Shown here piece after piece: positions 24,975-38,013 of a stretch of DNA of 64,000 nt. The notes beneath the pieces are model-generated. The model saw only the letters and a list, made by a program, of their open reading frames with translations. It was not told the DNA's origin and made no database searches. The translations under genes were made by a program, and so were the position numbers. Numbering within the stretch: the first letter of the stretch is position 1; each line of letters starts with the position of its first letter. This stretch comes from Octopus vulgaris (lineage: Eukaryota), in assembly GCA_951406725.2 (NCBI GenBank), contig OX597821.1, forward strand, positions 53,134,001-53,198,000, given 5' to 3'.

Positions 24975-26214
24975 TCTGCAGTACGTATAAAGAATGACAT
25001 CGTTTAAATGGCGTCCATTTTCAGCAGTTGAAAGGATTTCACGGCCCAGTTAATTTATTTCCTTCAATTGCTCCAGGGTTCCTGGTTTGTTGACATAAAT
25101 ATTTTCCTTGAAGTATCACTCCAAGAAAAAGTCAGAGCTGGTCTAATCAGGGGAACGCGATGGTTGACATAGAAATAGCGAGGGTTGATTCTCCAAAACA
25201 TTGCCTAATCAACTGCATTGTCTCTCTTGCGGTATGACCAGTTGTCCCATCTTGCTGGAACCATATATTGGCCTATATCGGACTTTTACCGCTCACTAGT
25301 CATAGTGACAGCATCACCATTATCGTCCTCAAAGAAGTAAGTTTCGATTATCTCGTCCGCCGTAATTGCACGCCATATTGTACATTGTATGGGATACAAT
25401 TTTAATTGGTGTACTACTCTCAGAATTTCGAAGCCCCTAAACCGACAATTTTGTTTGTTGATGTAACCAATCAAATGAAAGGGGGCTTCATCAGACATGA
25501 TCAATTTTTGTGTAAAATTAGGGTCACTTTGTGCCAATTTCTGGATTCTGACCGTGTATTGGTGCCTATGTTCATAGTCCTGGTGCTTCAACTATTGAAC
25601 CAACTGTACCTTTTATGGAAAAACTTTAAGGCTGCTGAGAACTCTTTGCAGTGATGTTCGTAAAAATCCAAAGCAGTCTGCACAGCCTCTAATTCGACGT
25701 GCCCGGATTCTGTTTACTACTCTCTCTCTCATTCGTTCCCTTGACTCATCAGTTTAGACACTCCCATATCGAGGGAGATCAATTACCCAAAGCGACGCAC
25801 TAAGATCCTAATTGTGTTTTCATTTACAGCATCTCTCACTTGAAAATGGTCGATAGAACGTTATTAAAAGTGACAACATTATTAAGAGATACGCTATGAA
25901 ATATAATTGCTCGTTCTAGTGAAGAAAGATGTTGAGTTTACATGAATGATAATACTGTGCGAACGTGAAAAATAATGAAAGTATTGTAATGAATCAAAGA
26001 CAAGTGAATAATGTTAAACTATATATTCTACGGCTCTTTCGGTCTGAATAATTGACCCTTGATTGTGATAGAACAATTTCACCACTTACATGCGTTTCCA
26101 TATTTAATTTCCAGGACGTAGGCCATAAAATCCCTGCAGTGAAAAGAAAACGGTCAAAAAATAAAAGAATTATTAAAAATTGCAACCGCTCAGTGCCTTT
26201 TGGACCATGCTGTA
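24975..26214 (-). mobile_element. Decayed Tc1/mariner-superfamily transposon (DUF4817/rosa-like DDD clade)
   Basis: Minus strand: KVQLVQ*LKHQDY..IMSDEAPFHLIGYINKQNCRF..IETYFFEDDNGDAVTMTSER, WFQQDGTTGH, PSRSPD..DFFL..FKENIYVNKPGTLEQLKE, NGRHLNDVI; TA-CAGCATGGTCCAAAAGG terminus at 26214. Confidence 0.85.
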
Positions 26215-26505
26215 TGTAAGGGATAAAAATGTCCGTATATACAATCGGTATCCGTTATCTTATGAAGATCCGTTGCCTTAATTCGAATGTCCTATGAAAA
26301 TGAAAAATTTTATTCTCACATTTATACATAGACTGCACTTTGGCAATCTAATCAGTAACGGCAGCAAGATATGTTACCTTACGAATTTTGTGCGTTTGTG
26401 TGTATGTCTGTGTATGTGTGTGTATATGTGTGTGTATGTATGTGAGTGTCTGCAGACACAAGGACACGCACGCACAAACTCATTCACAAACTATATATAT
26501 ATGTA

Positions 26506-26569
<64 letters not shown>

Positions 26570-26584
26570 TATATATATATATAT

Positions 26585-27400
26585 GAATTTTTTGCGTAAT
26601 GGGATAAAAAAACAATGTATATATATTAGAGCATTTATAGATAGGTCTTACAGCTGTTTCTAGAATATTAATTAATAATAATAAAATCCCTTCATCGATG
26701 ATGGTGTTAAAGGAAAAATTAAGTCATAGTTAGTTTCGATGTGATATAAATAGAGAGTGAGGTGGAGGAAAGACAATAGATGTAAGATATGTATGGTTAT
26801 TGAGTTCATAAATCCGTTTTATAGGCATAATGGTATATATGTGTAATATTCCAATATCCTTTGAGTAAAATAAAATCCAAAAGTCCAACAGAGTTTAGTA
26901 TGAGTCCATCCAGATGTAAAGTTTATAAGCAATGTAAGATTCTCTTAAAGTTGGTCATTCCCAGTAGGGAATTTATATAGAATGTAGTAAATTCGAGGTT
27001 TGTGTTTAAACTGACCTAGAAATAGGGAGTGTATTAGTTTGGTCAAATTGAAAACAGGAAGAGAGGAATAACAAAGGAGATGAGAGGAGGAGAGAAAGAA
27101 AGAATTAAAGAGAAAGAAGAAAGAAGATTAGTAAAAATTAAAAATAAAAGTAAAGAATAAAACCCCTGAAGGTATGAATAAAGAGAATAAGTAAAAAAAA
27201 AAAAAAGAAAAATTAAGATATAGGTTGGTCAGTGGTCAGTGGAGGTAGTTTGAAAGTAGGAGCGGGGATAGAGAGAGAAAGGTATTATAGTATAAATGAT
27301 AGAGGAATGGGGAGATAAGAGGTAGAGGGAGTACTAAGTGTAGTTGTAGCTATTAATTGTGAGGCAAATATATATTAAGAATTAAGAATTAGGAAAATAG
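26585..27400 (-). mobile_element. PLE 3' region/pLTR remnant (family P2)
   Basis: Reverse complement homologous to 20300-21110 (CCTACTTTCAA..ACTGACCACT, pyrimidine tract, GAAACAGCTGTAAGACC..TATAAATG.TCTAA). Confidence 0.7.
26645..26702 (-). ncRNA. Degenerate hammerhead motif (family P2)
   Basis: Minus strand TCGATGA-AGGGAT..ATTCTA-GAAAC-AGCT-GTA-AGAC. Confidence 0.5.
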
Positions 27401-27570
27401 CAGTTAATTATTCTGAGAAAACATTTATGTGAAGATGTACGTACTTGGATATCAGATAAGTTATAGAGATACACAAACACACTGATTATATTTTATATAA
27501 TTTTCAGAAACAACCTTTAACAATCTATATATCCCCTGAATGTGATGTTGACATTACAACCGTACATAAC

Positions 27571-27756
27571 GCCATAGAATATATAGTTTAACATTATTCA
27601 CTTGTCTTTGATTCATTACAATACTTTCATTATTTTTCACGTTCGCACAGTATTATCATTCATGTAAACTCAACATCTTTCTTCACTAGAACGAGCAATT
27701 ATATTTCATAGCGTATCTCTTAATAATGTTATCACTTTTAATAACGTTCTATCGAC
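27571..27756. repeat. 186-bp inverted duplicate of 25849-26034
   Basis: Reverse-complement match with about 2 substitutions by eye. Confidence 0.9.
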
Positions 27757-27955
27757 GACATACCACTGCTAGTTATTTTCCAAATCACACCTATAATGTA
27801 ATAAGAGATACACTATGACTAAAAATGATTTATTGCATCGAGGACGTGCTAGATCAGAACTGATGTAGAACTGAATATTAATTAACGTAAACAATTTCTT
27901 TATCTAACATTAGCTAAATCTCATTTTCAGTATCCTAGATAATAAGAATGTCTTA

Positions 27956-29514
27956 AAAAAAAAAAGAACGATTAATATTTTTTAAACGTCGGAAAAGCTA
28001 GTGAACGTACAAATTCGTAATTGGTTTCGTAAAGACGGTTAACCATTTGCTAAATTTTCTGAAATATTTATGTTTTTACAATTGTCTTAATAAAAGTTAA
28101 TAACACTAACACTAGTTTCGTCCAAATGTCTCATGCGCAAATAAGAGAACGATAAGATTCCTTCAGAAATTTCTGTAAATTTCAAAACCGTTTACATTTG
28201 CAGGCTCAACGTTACTACCGTCTCAGTATTGTGCAAACTTCAGAACATGGCACACCACGCTAAAGCTACTCCCGACCACTGAAAATAAATTGCCAGGATG
28301 AAAGTTTCAGGAATAACTCTCTCGGCTATTTCACAGGATGTAAGGAGATCTAAGAGTGTAGTTTCACGTATTCTTAAACTCTGTGAAGAAACTAAAGGTT
28401 TAGATCTGAAAAAGGCAGCCACCATGCGAGATGATCGAACCATGAAACGGTACGTATTGATGGATCTCTTCGAGACTGCAGCTATAATCTCTAAGAAAAT
28501 AAAAGTAATTAATGGTACAGAAGTGAACTGCTTTACAGTGTCTGATCATCTGAAGTAATTTGGATTAAAGACCTGTTCCTCGGCAACGAAACCTACCATT
28601 AGCAAGAAGAACAAATTAGCAAGGCGTTCATTTTCAGAAGCTCATATGAACTATTGGGATGGAAATTGGTCAAAATTAATTTTAGCCATGAAAGAAAACT
28701 CAGTTTAGCAGGTTCATATGGTAGACAGTATGTTAGCGCTTCACGAAAAATCGGCTAAAATGTAAGTGCTTGAAGAAATCTACCAAGGTTGGAGGAGGAA
28801 GCGTCATGGTGTGGGAATAATTTCTTCTGAAGGAGTTGGCCCTCTAGTGCAGAGTAAAGGCACTATTAATGCTAATATCTATTTGAATTTAGTTAAACGG
28901 CATGTGATCTCATCATTACGAGCATTTCCGAATCAACCGTGCATTTTCATGCAAGATAATGCCCCTTGTCATACTGCAAAACATGTCACTAGATTCTTTA
29001 GTGAACACAATACCCAAGTAATGAAGTGGCCAGCACAAAGCCCAGACTTAAATCCGATTGAAAACTTTTGAAATATACTTGTAGACAAAGTAACAAAAAG
29101 GGCACCAACTACTACGACGAATTTATGGGAGAATAGAAGAGGAATGGAAGAAAGTGACACCTGACTTGTACAGGGAACTTGTTATGCCCTGTGGCAATCG
29201 ATGTGCAGAGGTAATCTCCAACAAATGTCTACAAACATTATACTAACTGTATTGAGTTCATATGTACATTTCTTTCAATCATTATTATGGTTTTGATTTA
29301 ACTGAAGCATATTTTGGTTTTATCGTTCTCTTATTTTGCACATGAAACATTTGAATGAAACTAGTATTAATGTTATTAACCTTTATTAAGACCATTGCAC
29401 AAACAGTTAATGGTTAACCGTATGTACGAAGCCAATTGCAAATTTGTACGTTTACTAGCTTTTCCGAAATTTAAAAAAAAAATTAATCATTCTCTTTTTT
29501 TGCTCGCTACTGTA
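27956..29514 (+). mobile_element. Near full-length Tc1 (DD34E) transposon with ~200-bp IR/DR terminal repeats
   Basis: Left TIR ~27956-28155 is the reverse complement of right TIR ~29320-29512, which ends ..TGCTCGCTACTG|TA; the outermost ~13 bp of the left TIR are missing. Confidence 0.92.
28247..29246 (+). pseudogene. Tc1 transposase pseudogene
   Basis: HTH region (SGITLSAISQDVRRSKSVVSRILK), GGGSVMVWG-like motif (frameshifted), FMQDNAPCH...WPAQSPDLNPIEN with 34 residues between D and E; several stops and frameshifts. Confidence 0.92.
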
Positions 29515-31044
29515 CATGCTTATTTATTTTTATCTTGTTATAGTGATTAAGTATATTAATGATCCATGGCATTCCGTGAACGACCACCCGCTCTTTTCGT
29601 GAAGAGTGTATATTTAAGATTATCTGATTTGATACGTAATTAAGTAAACAGCAGTGAATGATAGAAAATTACACTCATAGCCTTCAGGAATTTATTGCTG
29701 TCATTCACATTTTGTGGTTTCAAAACTGATTTACCTTACACTGCGTCCTTCCCTAAGGGTTGAATGCCGTTAAATGGATTCTACAGAAATAGAAAAAAGT
29801 TGTGCTGGCGTTTCAAATCATTTGCAATTCATTAAAGTAGGCTTTCTGGGCACCATACTACAAACGGCAGTGTGTTGTAAATTGAGTTGCAGCGTTGGTC
29901 CCTGGTTTTTAAATTCTAACTTCCAATTAATCCAAAGTCAGTTTTGTACTCCAGCCCTCCGGGGTCGATGTAATAATGCATAGGCCATATACTAGAATGA
30001 ATTAAAACGATTAATTGCTTTTCGTCAAAACCATTGTTGGTGAGTATAAAGAAGAAATTAATTATAAAGGTGGAGTATTGAGAGATCTGACACAATCCTG
30101 AAAGCCACCACGGTATTTGAGTCAGCTCGTTAAATTTTGAGTTCTGAGTTCAAAACTTTACTCTGTACTCTTCTTGGTTAATACTATTAGTTTCAGTAAC
30201 GTAGTATTATTATTCGAATTCATACTATATTAATTTTTGACGAATAACGTTTTCTTGTTTTACTCAATCACTTGGTTTTACTGTTAATAAAAAATATAAA
30301 AAAAGTCTTATCACGTGGCAAATTTGGCTGGGGACTGTTACTGCTACCACCTACAGTTACTTCCGGAGTAAGGGAGGGTGTGAGAGAGAGTTTACAGATT
30401 TATTATTATTTCAATTTTTAAATATCACTAATTAACAGTTTTCATCGCCAAAATCATAATAGACTGTTCTTGTAGGAAGCGAGAAGCGGACATACAATAT
30501 TGTTATTATAACTACAATTCAGTTAAGCAATCAATCATTAAATATAATGAACTGAAAGTAAACATAAAGATAAGATGTACGATAAATATATTTAGATAAA
30601 TGCATAGAAAGCTAAAATTAAATGCGCACAGAACTAAATGCCTGTATACTTGATAACAAAACGTGTGGACAACTATACTTTTAATTTCTGGTGTTCAAGA
30701 AGTTATAGAAGCAGCAAAAGAAATAAAAATGAAGTGATTCAGTCACATTAGTAGAAATACATCGTCACTGGCAAATACAATCATTTGTAAATAAACGGAA
30801 TGTAAAATTTCAAGTGAGTGTATAAAGAAAGAACGGCTCAAAGATATTGAAAAAAACGGAATTGAATGGAAAATGATGACAAAAATGCTCAAGTGCTTAA
30901 CAGCAGAAATATGAAGGGAACAATTTAACTTGATTGGATTTTGAAAAGCTAGATTCTCACTTCTTGTTTTTTTTTTAAGCATGATTTTAAAACTAAGAAG
31001 CATATAATATTTATGGTATTGGAAATTTAAGTAACAAATTCTTT

Positions 31045-31607
31045 TCCACTCTAGGCACAAAGCCTAAAATTTTTGGGAGAGGGCCAGTCTATTAGATCAA
31101 CCCCAGTACGAAACTGATGCTTAATTTATCGATCCTGAAAGGATGAAAGGCAAAGTCGACCTCGGCGGAATTTGAACTCAGAATGTAAAGACAGACAAAA
31201 TACATATTTCTTTACTACCCACAAGGGGCTGCACAGAGAAGGGACAAACAAGGACAGACAAACGAATTAAGTCGATTATATCGACCCTAATACACAACTG
31301 GTACTTATTTAATCGACCCCGAAAGATGAAAGGCAAAGTCGACCTCGGCGGAATTTGAACTCAGAACGTAGCGGCAGACGAAATACCTATTTCTTTACTA
31401 CCCACAAGGGGCTAAACACAGAGAGGACAAACAAGGACAGACAAACGGATTAAGTCGATTATATCGACCCTAGTACACAATTGGTACTTATTTAATCGAC
31501 TCCGAAAGGATGAAAGGCAAAGTTGTCCTCGGCGGAATTTGAACTCAGAACGTAACGGCAGACGAAATACCGCAAAGTATTTCTCCCGGCGTGCTAACGC
31601 CGCCTTA
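31045..31607 (-). mobile_element. SINE family A with a tandemly triplicated ~183-bp body
   Basis: GATGAAAGGCAAAGT.G.CCTCGGCGGAATTTGAACTCAGAA recurs at about 31142, 31325 and 31509, with a single head at 31570-31607. Confidence 0.9.
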
Positions 31608-32009
31608 TGAATTAAGAATACTAACATACGGCAGTTGCTTAATGTTCTTTTTTTTATTTTAGAATTTGAATTTCCGCTGTTGATGATTTCGACGGTACAT
31701 AAAGGGGAAACAGAACAACTACATCGTTTGAATACTTTCCTCTCGGTCAAACGGCATAAACAAAATATTCTCGGTATGTTCTCACTTGATCAGATGTTTC
31801 TAAAATCAAGACATTGCTGTGTTCAAACAACAAGGACGTAAAATACATTATACATTTCTAGATAAATTATTCTTAAACAAAACACAGAATAATCACAACT
31901 AGAGTACATTTGCTTATTGGTAATGAACCACCCAAGTTAGCAAGTAAAGGCAAATACAAAAACATAGTAGCGGCAGCAAAACTACTACTACTACCACTAC
32001 TACTAGTAA

Positions 32010-32170
32010 CAATAACGGTGTCTAATTTCGACATAAGGCAAGAAGTTTGGAGGTGAGGGTTTAATCAATGCTGTGAACTTCAGTACTAGACTAATACTTT
32101 TTTTTTTATCTACTTGGAAAGGATGAAAGACAAAGTTGACATCGACAAGTTTTGAAATTGTAATACACAG
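32010..32170 (-). mobile_element. SINE family A, old fragment
   Basis: GGCACAAG..GAAAGGATGAAAGACAAAGTTGAC. Confidence 0.6.
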
Positions 32171-32586
32171 AATTGAAGCTAGTAAGAATGAGATAGGAGG
32201 AGAGAGAAAATACATATATTGTCAAAAGGCTGCAAAAAAACTTTCAGTTTTTTTTCATCGCTACGGAAGAATATCAATCGTCTTCTTGACACATTAGTTT
32301 TTGTCGAAAGAGAACATCAGTAGTTTCTTCTGATCTTACTGTTTAACAGTGAGCTTTGCTATTTTATTGTTTTCAGTAAGTAATCATAGTGTTTCATCTA
32401 TATTTTTTTTCTCCGAAACAGGCGTCGAAGCGCTGTACATATTGATTATTTGTAATGAAAAAAAAAAGAAAGAAAGAAAAGCGAATTATATACTTTATGG
32501 TGATATTTACATAAATATACTGCACTGTGATGCTTTATTATCCTTTTTGCAATCCAACAAAAGCTACTCGCGCTAAATATCCCAGC

Positions 32587-32648
<62 letters not shown>

Positions 32649-32649
32649 G

Positions 32650-32695
<46 letters not shown>

Positions 32696-33426
32696 GGTGT
32701 CACATTTTAAAGTTATCTGTACACGTTTTCTATAGAAATTGGAGCCAGTAGTTGAAAGCGACGATGTTTTATATAGGAATACGCCTATGTAAACAGTGAT
32801 TTCGAAGATAGAAAATTAGGTAAGGATGCATATGCAGATTTCAGGAGTCATTGCGTCTTCTTCAGCACCATATCCCGCCCTTTTGCCATACACGAACGCA
32901 TTTCTTAAGTAGCTACTAAATCTAGTGGTGTAACACAATTGGATATACAATTGGATATACATATTAAAAACATTATTGGCAATTGGTAGTTACATATTAA
33001 TTTCTGGTTGATACACCGTATTTCATTCCTCAACTGTAATATGCTAATAAGAATATCAAAGGATTATAGTCCTACTTGTGTTAAGAGTGCGATTCAATTA
33101 TTTTTTAATGTTATCTCGATGGAATTTGTATAGAAAAGTTTAGGGCGTTTCTAAAACGAATAAGTCCATGCGAACGTTGCGTTCGAAGATTGAGAAACTG
33201 TTAATAGATACAACGCCATTAATCACCCACAAATGCATTGCTTACGTAGACGTAACTTTCAGTGCTTGATCTAATTTCTGCTGAGATAAGTTTAAAAAGT
33301 GAGTGAATCGCAATACCAACACAACTAGAAATCAATATTGACTGATAAACCTTCAATATACTTGGTAGTATTTTATGGCTTCATAACGAAAAACGGTTTC
33401 CCTACCAGCAATTAACACGGACAGGA

Positions 33427-33835
33427 AGGCGCAGGAGTGGCTGTGTGGTAAGTAGTTTGCTTATGAACCACATGGTTCAGGGTTCATTCCCACTGCGTGG
33501 TACCTTGGGCAAGTAAGTGTCTTCTACTATAGCGTCGGACCGACCAAAGCCTTGTGAGTGGATTTGGTAGACGGAAACTGAAGGAATCCCGTCGTATATA
33601 TGTATATATGTGTATGTGTGTGTTTATGTGTTTGTGTTTGTCTCCCCAGCATCGCTTGACAACCGTTGGTGGTGTGTTTACGTGTTTACATCCCCGTAAC
33701 TTAGCAGTTGGGTAAAAGAGACCGATAGAATAAGTACTAGGCTTACAAAGAATAAGTCCTGGCGTCAATTTGCTCGAGTAAAGGCGGTGCTCCAGCATGG
33801 CCGCAGTCAAATGACTGAAATAAGTAAAGAGAGAC
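33427..33835 (+). mobile_element. Full-length tRNA-derived SINE family B (CORE-like CCTTGGGCAAGT, internal TA/TG microsatellite)
   Basis: Head AGGCGCAGGAGTGGCTGTGTGGTAAG..GGGTTCATTCCC; tail GCGGTGCTCCAGCATGGCCGCAGTCAAATGACTGAAATAAGTAAA; multiple copies in the window. Confidence 0.9.
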
Positions 33836-34292
33836 AGATACATAGACATACATTTACGTACGCATTTTTAAAGAGGTACACATGGGTAATATTTTTTATT
33901 ATATAAATGTCGGGAGAGTCATGCTTGCAACACCTCTGACCATAAGTTTGTTCGAGCTCTGCTTTTATGTAGTCAGATTGTGATGTAATATTCTTACATA
34001 GCAATTATAAATTGCGCATTAGAATACCGCCTGTCATCTTTATATTGAGTTGCTGCATTGTTGCGTTGGTGTGTTATGATGCTTCGTTGCATTGTGTTGT
34101 GTTAAGATAGTTTTGCTAAGTGTGTGTTAGTGTATTGCGTTCGTGATTTTCGCTGTAATGTTTTGTTTCTGGTGTTTTGATATATCTACTAAAAAGCCTA
34201 GAAAATCAACGTTTGATATTTTCACCATGCTTCTCAATGGACTTACTGGGGCATAGTTCAATATCGCAATATAAGACCTTCAACTATTATCT

Positions 34293-34498
34293 GACTATAT
34301 TTTATTATATTATATTATATTATATTATATTATATATAAAACGTCATCCAAAAATATTTTATTGCTGTTTTTATCTATATATTTTCCAGATCCTAGACTA
34401 TATTTTATTATATTATATTATATTATATTATATTATATATAAAACGTCATCCAAAAATATTTTATTGCTGTTTTTATTTATATATTTTCCAGATCCTA
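34293..34498. repeat. 103-bp near-perfect tandem duplication containing (TATAT)n
   Basis: 34293-34395 matches 34396-34498 with about 1 substitution. Confidence 0.9.
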
Positions 34499-35255
34499 AT
34501 GAATCAAGAGAATAAGCAACCTATCTGGCGCAAGTTATGCCATGTTTTCAATGAAAATGCAGCATGCAGTGGAATATAATACAAAAGACACTCCATACAA
34601 TATATTTCAGATTAGTTCGATTTCCAAATATATATAACCATTGTATTGTTAATAAGTATGAATAAGTCATAGAAGGAAACTGATAAGTTTCCTAGCTATT
34701 TTCAAGTAAATATTGTTACGTGAAGAAACACGGGTGTCATTTATTCATTTCAGCGGATCTAGACACTGTTACACGTAATCATTCAGTAAACAAACTAAAT
34801 TCAAACAACTACTCATTATTTCTACTATACTGTACTGAAAACAAACTGTGTGATTTTCAGTTAAGCAACTGTTCACATTATATGCATGTCTACATCGTCA
34901 TAGAAACTAGGAATTACCACTACAGCTTATACGCATATAGATTAAATTTAATTTTGCATTAATCATTAATGTACTTAACAAAATACTTGATGCACGAGTA
35001 TCCATGCACAACTTTGGAAACATGATCAATTATACTTCGTCAATATTGAGAATGAAACCGGCATATATGTCTTCCGTGATTCATGTTATATGATCAACAT
35101 ATCTGGATGTATGAAATAATTAGAATATTAAATAAATGACGAAGAAGAAAGATAAGGAAAAAAATGTTCTAAAACATGGTTCGAAATTAATTGTTAAAAC
35201 TTACGCAAAGTGAACCCGGAAGAATTTGTGATACAATCCCTCACACACATACTAC

Positions 35256-35308
<53 letters not shown>

Positions 35309-35316
35309 ATATATAT

Positions 35317-35358
<42 letters not shown>

Positions 35359-35763
35359 AATTGAATTTAACTGCCGTGGTGGAGTTGGATCAGAAATTCC
35401 GAGCAGCAGTGTAACCTTCATTTCATTGAGGTAGCTCAATTTGATGGTTAGCTAAGTTGAGCCTAGCTCGTTATACAACTATTACATCAAGAGCTTCAGC
35501 TATCTAACAAACATATGAACCGTGCAATTTACTTGTTACACTCACCCAATTTGGATTTTTGCTCGCATTTATAGCAGCTCGAGGTGCTAGCTGTAAGCTA
35601 TATAGATGCTATTAGCTTATCGAATTTCCGCGCAACTTCGTTATGGAAAAAGGTGTGTAACTCTCGATGCCAATAAATTGTTATTTTTCTTATCGTATAC
35701 TTCCCACTTATTCTTCTCTATAATCGTCTCACAAACACACGCACACATACACATCCATATATG

Positions 35764-35827
<64 letters not shown>

Positions 35828-35871
35828 TGTGAATTCTCCCCGTTATATATATACATATATATATATATATA

Positions 35872-36400
35872 TAACCGAAATCGATCATGTATAAAGTTTT
35901 ACAAATTCTATTTAGATGTATCCTTTCAAATGCCTTCACTTTGGCGCGCTTAGATTGGTAACTACTCTGCAGTTAATGAACTACAGCAGTAAATTTACCG
36001 GTTAGAGAACATTTTTCTTAATTTAAAATTAAATAAGGGTAGAAATTGATATTAATCAATTAAAACCAGTGGCTTAGCATATTTAAAAAAAAATCTGAAG
36101 ATTAAAAATTCGGTTGAGCGTTGTGTGTCTAGTTCTGGAAATTGTGTTTTGCAAACGACAGACTATGCTGATGATCCTGTAGATGTTTGCGTGTCCATAT
36201 ACGTAACTATTAACAAGTGAAACCAGTGTACATAGGTAATCGTTTTCTATTTCGTATATTTTCATTTGTCTTGCTTATTTTTACATTTCGGCTTTTTGCT
36301 GAGATTTTTCTTGAGAACACCTTCTTCGTGGCAATGGCGATTTGACGTCTATGTTTATCATATAGGCTGTCCACCTTCAGTGGTCAGTCCTCCAAATTTT
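35872..36400 (+). mobile_element. Non-coding PLE-type module between (TA)n tracts carrying an HHR
   Basis: TA-flanked; HHR at 36163; AAGGGT..AAATT..ATCAATTA..ACCA motif (36035-36070) resembles the reverse complement of 11100-11145. Confidence 0.55.
36163..36235 (+). ncRNA. Type I hammerhead ribozyme motif
   Basis: Stem I CTATG/CATAG; CTGATGA 36168-74; stem II with TTGCGTGT/ATACGTAA; GAAAC-CAGT-GTA; the pair closing stem II is a U-U mismatch. Confidence 0.7.
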
Positions 36401-36417
36401 ATATATATATATGTATG

Positions 36418-36480
<63 letters not shown>

Positions 36481-36544
36481 GTGTCAAAATTATGATAATC
36501 TAAATTACCACCAACATATACTATACTTCATGAGTCATATATTG

Positions 36545-36750
36545 ATTTGCAATTTTGGCACAAAGCTAACAATTTCAAGGAAGGAGATCGGTCGATTATA
36601 TCTACCCCAGTCCGCATTTATTTTATCGACACAAAACGGATGTAAAGTAAAGTTGACCTGGGGCGGAATTTGCGATTTGAACATGAGGACAAACGAAATC
36701 CTGCTATACATTTTGCTCGAGATGCTAAATATTCTGCCAGTTCAACACCT
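36545..36750 (-). mobile_element. SINE family A, old copy
   Basis: TTTTGGCACAAAG..GTCGATTATATC.ACCCCAGT..TTTTATCGAC..GGCGGAATTTG..GCTAA.ATTCTGCCAGTT. Confidence 0.75.
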
Positions 36751-37900
36751 TCATAATTTCCATATTAAAGATAGTATTGCGGTGATGTTATATTATGTAG
36801 CTCTGTAATTTTATTTCCTCCTTACTTCACTTGGAACACTCATACAGTTGTAAACGCCATGAGGATCATTAAATCTATTACCATGTAAAGTAAGCCAACT
36901 GTGATTCACTGAATACATTAATACACGTCAGAAATTGATATTCTTTATCCTCTGCCATATTATGTGATGTCCGTTAGTAAGTTTTAATTGAGAAGGTCAA
37001 AGAGTGAGTTAAGTGAGGGCAGTGACATATACTTAAATTATTGATTTTAAATTGCTCACTCAATACCAAATAACCCCACGTTTTAGCCGATATGAATTAT
37101 CCGGCTCTTCGCGATAATAATCCTTGCAACAGTATCATAGCGTATGAAATGAATGATAACACTACTCCAATATTCCAAAATTCGATTATCAATATAATTG
37201 TTTTCCTATGACACCTAACGAAGGAAATATGTCTACTGTTCTGTCGTTTCCGAAAAATGGAGTGGGTCGTTTAACTTTCACAAGATTGTCGATGAAGACA
37301 CATGGCGTCCAAGTGGTTGTATATCAGTATGCATGTACGTTTTCATATATAAATATATCAGGAGAAATATAATGTTGCAGAAATACACACACGCACACTC
37401 ACAGACACACACTTAAAGATGTTCATATATTTACCATTTGTGTTATTAAACTTGAGTGTTTAAGTGTATATATGTGTGTCGTTATGTATGTAAAAGAAAA
37501 GAAATCACGTTCCTATGACGGAGACGCGCGCACATCTGTGCATAGATGTTTACTATTTTACCGATGCATAGAGCAACACACACACAAATATATAAAACGC
37601 AAAATTGTCTACTATTTCGTAATTTTTTCCCTGTGCTGCTTGTTTAATTCATATTTTCTAGCGTGCAAATACGTCTTACACAGACACACACATATACATG
37701 TATATGTATTTACATAAATATGTATATGCACCTGCTTATATATAGAGATAAATAGATATATACATATATATACACATATATGTGCATACATATATATATA
37801 TATACACTTATGTACATATATATATATATCTACATGCATATATATATATACATATATATATATACATATATATATATACATATATATACATACATATAAG

Positions 37901-38013
<113 letters not shown>

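Noticed and set aside
31045-31607. CRISPR-like or satellite array
   Set aside because: Units are SINE bodies with no unique spacers; eukaryotic context and no cas genes
32824-32870. Minus-strand CTGAAGA..GAAA with a possible GGTG/CATC stem I
   Set aside because: Stem II does not pair and the cleavage triplet would be AUG; likely chance
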